NCBI GenBank assembly: GCA_016711215.1
Contig: JADJTL010000001.1
Span: forward strand, 1,144,067 to 1,208,066
Length of the DNA stretch: 64,000 nucleotides
From: Pseudomonadota bacterium
GTDB taxonomy: Bacteria; Myxococcota_A; Polyangia; GCA-2747355
Direction: 5' to 3'
Below are positions 10,655 to 19,583 of the stretch, in pieces; within the stretch, counting starts at the first letter, position 1; each line of letters opens with the position of its first letter. Below the pieces are notes generated by a model, which was not told the origin of the DNA, ran no database searches, and saw only the letters and a program-made list of their open reading frames with translations. Position numbers and translations under genes: made by a program.

Positions 10655-11869
10655 TCAGCCGCAGCCGCCACTCTTCTTGCCCTTCGGTCGCAGCTTCACC
10701 GTGGGCGTGTAGGGTAGCTTCGGCGCATGCTCGGGGTCGAGCGCGGCCGCCGGATGGCGATCGCCGAGGGCGGCCGCGAAGCGCCAATGCAGCCGGTCGT
10801 CGCCGGCGACGGCGGTCGTGATCGGCTCGACGCCGGTCGATCCCGCTCCATAGGTCGCGATCCAGCGGTTGAGGCCGCCGGCGAGGACGTAGACATTGGG
10901 CACACCGAGCAGCGCCAGGTGGCGCCAGGCGGCCGTGGCGGACGTCTCGTCATTCGAGATCAGGATCACGACGCTGGGATCCGGTAGGCTGATCAGCCTC
11001 CGCCGCTGGCTCGGCAACGCCGCGATCGAGACGCGCTCGGCGTTGGCGAGGTGAAAGCGGTTCCAGTCGCTCTCGGGCCGCAAGTCGAGCGTCACGAGCT
11101 TCAGATCGCGGTCGCCCTGCAGGGCCAGCAGCTCGGCCGGCACGATGAAGACCTCGCGGCGCGCGAGCTGGGGCTGGTACTTGGCGCCCAGTCGCTCCCA
11201 CTTGGCGTCGAGTGAGGGCTGGCCGAGCGCTGCGACGGCGCCCACGCCGCCGAGGAGCAGCGCCGTGCCGGCCATCGCCTTGGGCCAGTGGACGGGCCGC
11301 TCGTGACCGAGCCGTCGCGCCACGAATTTCAGGCCGCCGAAGAAGGCGAGGGCCAGCAGAGCGACCAGCCCCACCGCGGTGGCCGTCGAAACGCCGAAGA
11401 GGTCGGTGAGTTGGAGTGGACCGAAGTGGCCGGCGTAGTAGAACGCGCGGAAGTAATCGGCCGTCTCGCCGAAGGCGAACATGCCGAGCAAGCTGCCGAG
11501 CACGAAGAAGAACCCGTCGATCTTACCGGTAGCCAACGAGGCCAGCGACGTTCCCGGGCAGTAGCCGCCGATCGCGAAGCCGACGCCAAAGATCAGCCCG
11601 CCGAGGGCTACCGAGGGGACGTAGGTCGGATTGACCCAGAGCTGGTCGAGGTCGAGCCAGCGCAGGCCCGAGCTGAGATAGAGCAAGAGCATCGCCGTGA
11701 CGATCGCCGTGAACATCGCCTGCACGACGCGCAGCTCGCGGAAGTAGAACTGCGCCGCGAGTCGCCGCGCGTCGCCGAAGCCGGTGGACTCGAGCACGAA
11801 GCCGAAGGCCAGCCCGATCAGCACCTCGACCAGATGGGCCGACCAGCCGCCCAACGCGAAGGGGCCCAT
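10655..11869 (-). CDS. YeeE/YedE-family sulfur-compound transporter half (TsuA-like) fused to a C-terminal rhodanese-like domain
   Basis: ORF track 404 aa; conserved GGYCPG motif in a polytopic membrane domain; C-terminal ~130 aa with rhodanese-like strand/loop (VVILISNDETSATAAW) where the usual catalytic Cys position is N/D. Confidence 0.7.
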   Translation of the reverse strand: MGPFALGGWSAHLVEVLIGLAFGFVLESTGFGDARRLAAQFYFRELRVVQAMFTAIVTAMLLLYLSSGLRWLDLDQLWVNPTYVPSVALGGLIFGVGFAIGGYCPGTSLASLATGKIDGFFFVLGSLLGMFAFGETADYFRAFYYAGHFGPLQLTDLFGVSTATAVGLVALLALAFFGGLKFVARRLGHERPVHWPKAMAGTALLLGGVGAVAALGQPSLDAKWERLGAKYQPQLARREVFIVPAELLALQGDRDLKLVTLDLRPESDWNRFHLANAERVSIAALPSQRRRLISLPDPSVVILISNDETSATAAWRHLALLGVPNVYVLAGGLNRWIATYGAGSTGVEPITTAVAGDDRLHWRFAAALGDRHPAAALDPEHAPKLPYTPTVKLRPKGKKSGGCG

Positions 11870-11872
11870 GGC

Positions 11873-12415
11873 TTAGCCTTCCTCGCGGCCGGGGGTCCAT
11901 AGTCGCCGCACGAAGAAGGCGCAGCCGTAGGCCCCGGCAAAGCAGGCGAAGAGGAAGATCCACGAACCCACGGCGAGCGTCGCTCCGCCGCTGAGGCCCT
12001 GCCCCGAGGTGCAGCCACGCGCCAGCCGGGCGGCATAGCCCACCAGCGCGCCCCCGACGAGGGCGGCGATCCAGCGCACGCGCGCTGTGATCCGCGGACC
12101 GTGGAAGGTCTCGAGGCGCACGCGCCGGCGGAGCAGGCCAGAGGTCAGGCCGCCGAGCAGCACGCCACCGATCGACCAGACGATCCAGTGATCGAGAGGC
12201 CCGCCGGCGCCGCGCATGAACTCGGCCACGGCCGGGGTGCGGGCCACATGGCGCGGGGCGACGCGCTGCTCGGCCGCGGCCACGAGGCGCGCCGTGCCGC
12301 CCGAGCTGCCCAGCCCGTGGCCCGTGACGAAGAACGCCGCAAAGAGCACCAGTCCGAGCATCAGCCCGCCGAAATAGGGATTCCAATAGCGTGGGTTTTC
12401 GCCCGGCATCGTCAC
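11873..12415 (-). CDS. YeeE/YedE-family sulfur-compound transporter half (first repeat)
   Basis: ORF track 180 aa; membrane protein with ARGCTSGQG motif; separated from the partner half by one codon. Confidence 0.7.
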   Translation of the reverse strand: MTMPGENPRYWNPYFGGLMLGLVLFAAFFVTGHGLGSSGGTARLVAAAEQRVAPRHVARTPAVAEFMRGAGGPLDHWIVWSIGGVLLGGLTSGLLRRRVRLETFHGPRITARVRWIAALVGGALVGYAARLARGCTSGQGLSGGATLAVGSWIFLFACFAGAYGCAFFVRRLWTPGREEG

Positions 12416-15400
12416 TCCTTCGGCTTCGGTCGCAATGGGCCGCGTTGGGCGGCGGTGGCCAGCGGTCGCGCCGGCCGATAGGCTAGCGCGCCGTCGCTGC
12501 CGCGCTCGAGCGCGCCGTCGAGGGCGACCGTCTCGGCGCTGGCAGCGGCGGCCAACGTCGGCCTCAGGCCACCGGGCAGATAGGGGGCGACGACGAAGGA
12601 TCGCCGCGCCGCCTCTGAGCTCGGGTGGCAGCGCGCGCAGGCCCGGCTCGCTGCCGCCCCGAGCCCCACGCCGTGGTAAATCGGGTAGGGGCGCAGCTCA
12701 CCCTGGATGACGGCGCCGGCCGCGCCGAGGGCCGCGATCCCTTTGGCGACCAGCGCCACCTTGGCGGCGGTGTCGAGTCGTAGCTCCCTGTCGGTGACGC
12801 GGCCATCGTGGTTACTGTCGAGCGCGGCGATGATCTCGGCGCGATAGCCGTCACGGTCGCGGAAGACCCGCTGCACGAGCGCGGGTGGCACCGGCCGCTT
12901 ACCGACGATCCAGCGATAACTGGCCACGAGGTTCGCGGGCGTCAGCCGCGTGATCCCGTCGCCACCGCGCGCGCGCACGAGCGCTGGTTCGTAGCCCGCG
13001 AGGTAGAGCGTCGCCGGATCGACGACCTCGCCAGCGGCGGGGTCAGCGGCGGCGCTAGCGATGCCGCGGTAGAGCAGGCGAGGGGAGCCGTCCGGGCGCA
13101 CGACGGTGGCGTCGACGAGCGATCGCGCGGGGAGCGCGAGGCGTGGCACGTGGCAGGCCTCGCAGGCGACCTTGGCGAAGTGCTGCTGCTGGGCCGGCAG
13201 CCAGGGGTGCAAACCCTCCAGGCTGTGGCAGCTCTGACAGCGGCGTCGCTCGCCGGGCTTGGCTGCCCGCGCCTTGGCGATCGCGCCGCCGAGCTGCGCG
13301 GGCCGTCGGCCGCTGTAGTGGCAGGCACCGCAGCTCACCAGCCGCTGGGCGTGGATATCCCAGGGCTGCCCCTGCTGGTCTTTTTGCATCAGGTTCAACG
13401 CCGAGCGGCGTATCGCCTGCCAGGAGAACACCTGGCCGGTCGTTTCCGTCACCCACTGCGTGCCGTCGAGGACGACGTTCAGCGGCGCGCTGCCGTTATC
13501 GACCAGGCCATGGCAGGCGCCGCAGCTCGCTTCGCCCGTCCGCCCGAGCTTTAGCTCTACCGCGCCCTCGGCGTCGAAGGCCGCGGGACGCCAGCGCCAG
13601 CGTTGCGCGGCCGCCTCCTCGATCAGCGCGGCGGGCAGCGTGGCGCCGATCGACCACTCCGGCTGATCGCTGGCCAGGGCGCGCCCTCGCGCCGCGTGAT
13701 CGGCGGCCTCGAGATGACAGAGGAAGCAGTTGGTTTCTTCGCCCGTGGCGGGGGGCAGGCGGGGCCCCCAGCGCAAGAGCTCGCTGCGTGGCTGCGGCAA
13801 GGCCTCCAGCGCGAGCCCTGCGTGCAGGCGGTGGGTCGCCACGAAGCTCGCGTCCGCCAGCTCATGGCAGCCGCCGCAGGTCTGGGCGGTAGAGAGCGGC
13901 GCGGCGCTCTCAAATACCGATTGTCCGACGCGGTCCTTGAGCGTGATTCGCGGATGCTCCACGGCCTCGCGCGCGAGCGGGTCACGCGGATAGCCCAGGG
14001 CCCGCCAATCGAGGCGTCCGCGCTCGCCGTGACAGTCGCGGCAGGTCAGGGCCGCTTCCTTCCGTTGCACCATATGCGAGAGCGGCCAGAACATCTCCGT
14101 CGCCGCGAAGCCGTAGCGTCCGCTGTAGGGCAGCCCCGTGGCTTTCGCCCCCTCACGCGCCGCGAGGTCCCAGTCGAACTTGGTCCAGTAGCCCTTCGGC
14201 CCGCTGGTATTGGGCAGCAGCAGGTGGCGATGGTCTTGGTCGTAGAGCTGCTTGCCCAGATGGCGCTTGAAGGGCCAGAGCTTGGCGCTGGGATCGTGGC
14301 GGTCGCCGAGCGGTGAGGTGATCGCGGTCACGCCGCCGGGGTCGATCTTGTCGCCCAGCAGGTAGCGCGTCGAGCGCCCGTTGTACCAGCGGTACTCGGG
14401 GAGGGCGCCCTTGGCCCAGGTGAAGCGGCCCTTGATCTTGAGATAAGCGTGTGGGTCCGTGCTCGGGAGATCCTTTCCGGCCTCGGACCAATCCCAGCTC
14501 AGCTTCGTGCCCTCGGTCACGGACATCGACGGGATGTGGCAGGCCTGGCAGGCGACCCGGGCGGTGTGTCGGTTGAGCTGGCTATCGTGATGAGGCTGCG
14601 CCGCGTGGCAGTCGCCGCAGCTGACCTGGTGGGCGCTCTCGACGCTGACCGACATCGCGCGTCCGCGCAGCCGATGGTTCTGGGTGCGGTGGCAGTCGAC
14701 GCACTGCAACTCCAAGCGACCCATATGCACATCGACCCCTTCGCTGGGAAAGAGCAGGCTGCGGTCCATGTCGCCGTGCTTGACCGCGTCGCCGCCGCCG
14801 CCCATGAAGTGGCAGGCACCGCAGTTGGCGCGTCGCGGCCGGCCCACCGAGCGCGCCACCGCCAGCAGATCGACGCTCGGATCGGGCAAGCCGGCGCCCT
14901 TTGCCTGCTTGCTGTAGGTGCCGCTCTGGTCGTGACAGACGAGGCAATCGACCAGGCTCGGGTTGTTGAAGTCGAAGTCCGGTCCGTTCCAGCCGAAGCC
15001 GGCATGGCAGCTCGTGCAGGCGCCCCAGTTGGAGCTGATGCCGATGCAGAAGTTGTTGATCGCGTTCTTCTTGCCGATGCGATGCAGGCCCCGATGCCCG
15101 GGAACCGAGACCGGGTCGCCCTGCCAGGTCCAGTGCACCGTGCTCATCAGCTCGCGCGCCGCCCTCGGGTGGCACTCGAGGCAGGCGCGCGTCACCGCCG
15201 GCCCGTCCCGAAAGGGCGTGTCGAAAAACGTGCTGTGACTGACGGGCGGCGGCCGCAGCGGCAGTTGTGCGAGCCCAAGGCCAGCGGTTGGGTTGCGCTC
15301 GCAGCCGGCGGCGTAGCAGACGAAGCAGGCGGCGCCGACCACGAGCGCGCCCGCGCGAAAGGAACGCGGGCGGCCATCGCGTCGCGCGAGCTCGCCGCGC

Positions 15401-15441
15401 CGAGTACGGGTGCTCTTCACGATCAGCCCATGCGGGTCCAC
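12412..15441 (-). CDS. Large multiheme c-type cytochrome (about 15 CxxCH motifs), signal peptide or lipoprotein
   Basis: ORF track 1009 aa; CxxCH motifs counted by eye: CLECH, CTSCH, CLVCH, CGACH, CVDCH, CGDCH, CQACH, CRDCH, CGGCH, CFLCH, CGACH, CGACH, CQSCH, CEACH, CARCH; N-terminal hydrophobic ALVVGAACFVCYAAGC; 4-bp overlap with the downstream YedE-like gene. Confidence 0.8.
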   Translation of the reverse strand: MDPHGLIVKSTRTRRGELARRDGRPRSFRAGALVVGAACFVCYAAGCERNPTAGLGLAQLPLRPPPVSHSTFFDTPFRDGPAVTRACLECHPRAARELMSTVHWTWQGDPVSVPGHRGLHRIGKKNAINNFCIGISSNWGACTSCHAGFGWNGPDFDFNNPSLVDCLVCHDQSGTYSKQAKGAGLPDPSVDLLAVARSVGRPRRANCGACHFMGGGGDAVKHGDMDRSLLFPSEGVDVHMGRLELQCVDCHRTQNHRLRGRAMSVSVESAHQVSCGDCHAAQPHHDSQLNRHTARVACQACHIPSMSVTEGTKLSWDWSEAGKDLPSTDPHAYLKIKGRFTWAKGALPEYRWYNGRSTRYLLGDKIDPGGVTAITSPLGDRHDPSAKLWPFKRHLGKQLYDQDHRHLLLPNTSGPKGYWTKFDWDLAAREGAKATGLPYSGRYGFAATEMFWPLSHMVQRKEAALTCRDCHGERGRLDWRALGYPRDPLAREAVEHPRITLKDRVGQSVFESAAPLSTAQTCGGCHELADASFVATHRLHAGLALEALPQPRSELLRWGPRLPPATGEETNCFLCHLEAADHAARGRALASDQPEWSIGATLPAALIEEAAAQRWRWRPAAFDAEGAVELKLGRTGEASCGACHGLVDNGSAPLNVVLDGTQWVTETTGQVFSWQAIRRSALNLMQKDQQGQPWDIHAQRLVSCGACHYSGRRPAQLGGAIAKARAAKPGERRRCQSCHSLEGLHPWLPAQQQHFAKVACEACHVPRLALPARSLVDATVVRPDGSPRLLYRGIASAAADPAAGEVVDPATLYLAGYEPALVRARGGDGITRLTPANLVASYRWIVGKRPVPPALVQRVFRDRDGYRAEIIAALDSNHDGRVTDRELRLDTAAKVALVAKGIAALGAAGAVIQGELRPYPIYHGVGLGAAASRACARCHPSSEAARRSFVVAPYLPGGLRPTLAAAASAETVALDGALERGSDGALAYRPARPLATAAQRGPLRPKPKE

Positions 15442-15459
15442 GTTGGGCGCTGCCTACGA

Positions 15460-15678
15460 TCAGCCCTCGGTCTCGTTCGGTCGCTCGACGCGCACGGCCT
15501 TCGGTTTCCCGAGGCGCGAGACTCCGACGCGCACCCGCACCGGGTCGCCGACCTTGGGCTCGTAGGTGCAATTGAAGGCATCGAAGGGGATCTGGCGACC
15601 ATCCTCGAGCTCGACGGTGCCAAAGCCCTGTTCGCGGGCGAAGCTGAGCACCTTTCCGGGAAATAGCTCATCAGACAC
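15460..15678 (-). CDS. Cold-shock-domain-like small protein
   Basis: Likely GTG start preceded by GGAGGTG; GKVLSFAREQGFGTVELEDGRQIPFDAF resembles the CspA-type motif (GxVKWFNxxKGFGFI...DG..VFVHF); many A/T-ending codons. The tracked 101-aa ORF is probably N-terminally over-extended. Confidence 0.5.
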   Translation of the reverse strand: MSDELFPGKVLSFAREQGFGTVELEDGRQIPFDAFNCTYEPKVGDPVRVRVGVSRLGKPKAVRVERPNETEG

Positions 15679-15937
15679 GAAGCACCTCCGTCGGCTGAGG
15701 AGGAGGGGATCCGCACCCACGCCTCCCCAGCAAAGCACCTGAGGCAGTACGCCTCCGCATTCCATTCATACCTGCAAGGTCCGCGCGCCACAACTCCGCC
15801 GCGCGCCCTCTGCCGGGAGCCCGCCGCAGATCGTGCCCGACCCCAACGACGGGGCCGGCCAAGGCGCGGTGCCCTGTTCGTCACCGTCCAAGGGGGGGAA
15901 GAGGGCCTCAGGTAACTCGGGCGCGAGTGGCCGCAGC

Positions 15938-16693
<756 letters not shown>

Positions 16694-16697
<4 letters not shown>

Positions 16698-17671
16698 GCT
16701 GGCTGCTCCGCCGGCTCGTGCACGAGGCTGACGAAGATGTCCTGAAGCGAACTCTGGCTGGTATGGAGGTCTTTGAAGTCGATGTCGAGCGCGCGCAGTC
16801 GCTCCAGCAGCGAGGCGATGCCCGTCTCCTCTCGTTGCGCGTCGAAAGCATAGACCAGCGCGCGATTGGCATCGGCGAGCTCGAGCGCGAAGTCCGAGAG
16901 CTCGGCCGGGAGCTGGTCGAGCGGCGCTCGCAGGGTCAGCTTGAGTTGCTTCTTGCCGAGCTTGGCCATCAGCGTGTTCTTGTCCTCGACGAGGATCAGC
17001 TCGCCCTTGTGGATCACGCCGATGCGGTCAGCCATCGCTTCGGCCTCCTCGATATAGTGCGTCGTCAGGATGATCGTGACGCCCTGTTCTCGGAGGCGGC
17101 CCACCATCGTCCACATGTCGCGTCGTAGGTTGACGTCGACGCCGGCCGTCGGCTCATCGAGAAACAGGATTCGCGGCTCGTGGGCCAGGGCCTTGGCGAT
17201 CAAGACCCGTCGCTTCATGCCACCCGACAGCGTCATGATCTTGCTGTCTCTCTTTTCCCACAGCGAGAGCTCCCGCAGCACCCGCTCGAGGTAGGCGGGG
17301 TCCGGGGCCTTGCCGAAGAGGCCGCGGCTGAAGTTGACCGTGGCCCAGACGTTCTCGAACGCGTCGGTCGAGAGCTCTTGCGGCACCAGGCCAAGCTTGG
17401 AGCGCGCGGCCCGGAAGTCGCGGATGATGTCGTGGCCGTCCGCGTTGACCGTGCCGCTGCTAGGGTTGACGATGCCGCAGACGATGCTGATCAGCGTCGT
17501 CTTGCCAGCGCCGTTTGGGCCCAGCAGCGCAAAGATCTCCCCACGCCGAATCTCGAGGTCGAGCGCCTTCAGCGCGCGGAAGCCGGACGCGTAGGTCTTG
17601 CTCAGCTGACGAATGCAAACGATCGGATCCACGCGAGCTCCGGCGGCAAGGGCGCAGCGTAGGGGAGGCAT
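16694..17671 (-). CDS. ABC transporter ATP-binding protein (ABC-2/DrrA-like)
   Basis: Walker [10 protein letters not shown], signature LSGGMKRR, Walker B ILFLDEPT; tracked start at 17830 would overlap tRNA-Ser, so the internal Met (MPPLRC) is used. Confidence 0.85.
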
Positions 17672-17783
17672 AGCCCCGGACGCTGGCGAAGGCGAGCGCT
17701 CGCGCCGATCGCGCCGAGCGCGCCGAGCGCGCCGAGCGGCTGGTGCGTCAGGGCCAGAGCGCTGGGACCGGGTCAGGCAAATA

Positions 17784-17873
<90 letters not shown>

Positions 17874-17945
17874 GCGGGGGGCTGATTGTGCCGGTCTCCG
17901 CGGCTGGCAGCAAGCCTGCCGTGCGCTTGAGCTCGCTCCCTTCGC

Positions 17946-18641
17946 TCAGCGGCGATCCTCGAGCAGGACGTGCATCGAGCGATGCAGCACCTCCTCCAGT
18001 CCATCGAGGTCGGTGCCGTAGCGGCCGCGGATCCAACCCTGCTGATCCACCAGCACCAGGCCCGCGCTATGGGCGATGTCGATCAACCCGCTGCCCTCTG
18101 GCACCGGCTGGCCCATGTGGGTCTGGAAGCCAGTGCCGACGAGCGAGCGGATGGCCTGCTCGGTGCCGGTGAGGAAGGTCCAGCGGCTCGCGTCGGCGCC
18201 GTAGCGCGCGGCGTAGGCCCGGAGGCGCTCGGGCCTGTCGTGCTCGGGATCGACCGAGATGCTGACCAGGCGCACGTCGACGGCATAGCGATCGTACTGC
18301 TGCTGCAGCCGATGAAGGGCTTGCATGAGCTTGGGGCAGACGGAGGGGCAGCGCGTGAAGAAGAAGCTGGCGACGTAAACGTGTCCACGCAGCGCGCTGC
18401 TGCCGAAGCGCCGACCTTGCTGATCCAGTAGCGTGAAGGCCGGGAGCTGAGCCAGGCGCGGCGGTGGCGGGGGCACGCGTCGCAGCAGCGGGCGCAGCGC
18501 CGGCAAGGTGAGCAGAGCGATGACGGCCGCCCAGAGCCAGGGGTTGCGGTACCACGGGGCGCGATGCGCGGGGTCGAGCGTAGGGGTCGACGGGTTCGCG
18601 GCTGAGGTCGGCGCCGTCGCCGCGGGCGCTGGGATCATGTC
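17946..18641 (-). CDS. SCO1/SenC-family copper chaperone (thioredoxin-like)
   Basis: Motif FFFTRCPSVCP (CxxxCP); N-terminal membrane anchor; start placed at the internal Met overlapping the upstream permease stop. Confidence 0.8.
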   Translation of the reverse strand, partial: DMIPAPAATAPTSAANPSTPTLDPAHRAPWYRNPWLWAAVIALLTLPALRPLLRRVPPPPPRLAQLPAFTLLDQQGRRFGSSALRGHVYVASFFFTRCPSVCPKLMQALHRLQQQYDRYAVDVRLVSISVDPEHDRPERLRAYAARYGADASRWTFLTGTEQAIRSLVGTGFQTHMGQPVPEGSGLIDIAHSAGLVLVDQQGWIRGRYGTDLDGLEEVLHRSMHVLLEDRR

Positions 18642-19507
18642 TGGGACCCCGCCGGGCGGCGCCCGGTGGCCCAGACGGCCCAGGCCAGCCCCGCGATGGT
18701 CATCCCGCCGAGCACGAGGCAGCTCGTGAGCAGGCCGATCGGCGAGCCGACGCCGCCGAGGGTCAGCCGCACCGCGGCGACGATATAGGTCAGCGGATTG
18801 AGGCGCATCACCACCCCGAGCCAACCGTCGGGCACGGGAAACATCGCGCCCGAGATCACCCAGAGTGGGAGGAGCACGACGCTCATCAGCGCGTGATAGC
18901 CCTGCGACGAGTTGAGCAGCCAGGCCATCGCGAAGTTGATCGCCGTCAGCCCGGCACTGCCGAGGACGAGGACCGCGGCCAGCGGCAGCCAGCGCACCTC
19001 TGCCCACGGATAACCGGCGAGCGGCGCCAGCAGCAGCAGCAGCGCGGCCTGGATCAGCGCCAGCGAGGTGACGCCGGCGGTCTTGCCCAGGACCGTCGCG
19101 GCGCGCGATCCGGGCGCGACGAGCACGCCCTGCAAGAAGCCGGACTGGCGATCTTCGATGACCGAGATGGTCGCGAAGATCGTCGTGAAGAGCAGCACCA
19201 TGACGATCGTGCCGGGGAAGAAATAGACCAAGTAGCTTGCGCCACCATGCTGGGGCGCGCGGAAGCTGCCCGAGAGGCCGCTGCCGAGCAGGAGCCAGAA
19301 GAGCAGCGGTTGCAGCACTACCCCGAGCCAGCGCGAGCGCTCGCGCAGCAGGTGCAGCATGTCACGCCGCCACAGCGTGCTGATCACGCTGAGCTCCTCC
19401 GCGAGGCAGCTCCGCGCCTCGGGGCTGGCGCCGCTCGGGGCGAGGGCGCTCGTCATGCCGGCCGCGGATGGTTGACTCGTTGCTTGCTCAGACATGTCTC
19501 CCCCCAA
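18635..19507 (-). CDS. ABC-2 type transporter permease
   Basis: ORF track 290 aa; six predicted hydrophobic helices; stop overlaps the SCO1 start. Confidence 0.7.
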   Translation of the reverse strand: MGGDMSEQATSQPSAAGMTSALAPSGASPEARSCLAEELSVISTLWRRDMLHLLRERSRWLGVVLQPLLFWLLLGSGLSGSFRAPQHGGASYLVYFFPGTIVMVLLFTTIFATISVIEDRQSGFLQGVLVAPGSRAATVLGKTAGVTSLALIQAALLLLLAPLAGYPWAEVRWLPLAAVLVLGSAGLTAINFAMAWLLNSSQGYHALMSVVLLPLWVISGAMFPVPDGWLGVVMRLNPLTYIVAAVRLTLGGVGSPIGLLTSCLVLGGMTIAGLAWAVWATGRRPAGSQT

Positions 19508-19583
19508 CTAGGCCGCCCTTATAGCGCGCTCGCCGCCACCTGTGCACCTGCGCCTCGGGGCGGCATAGGCTAGAGTCCGCGCC

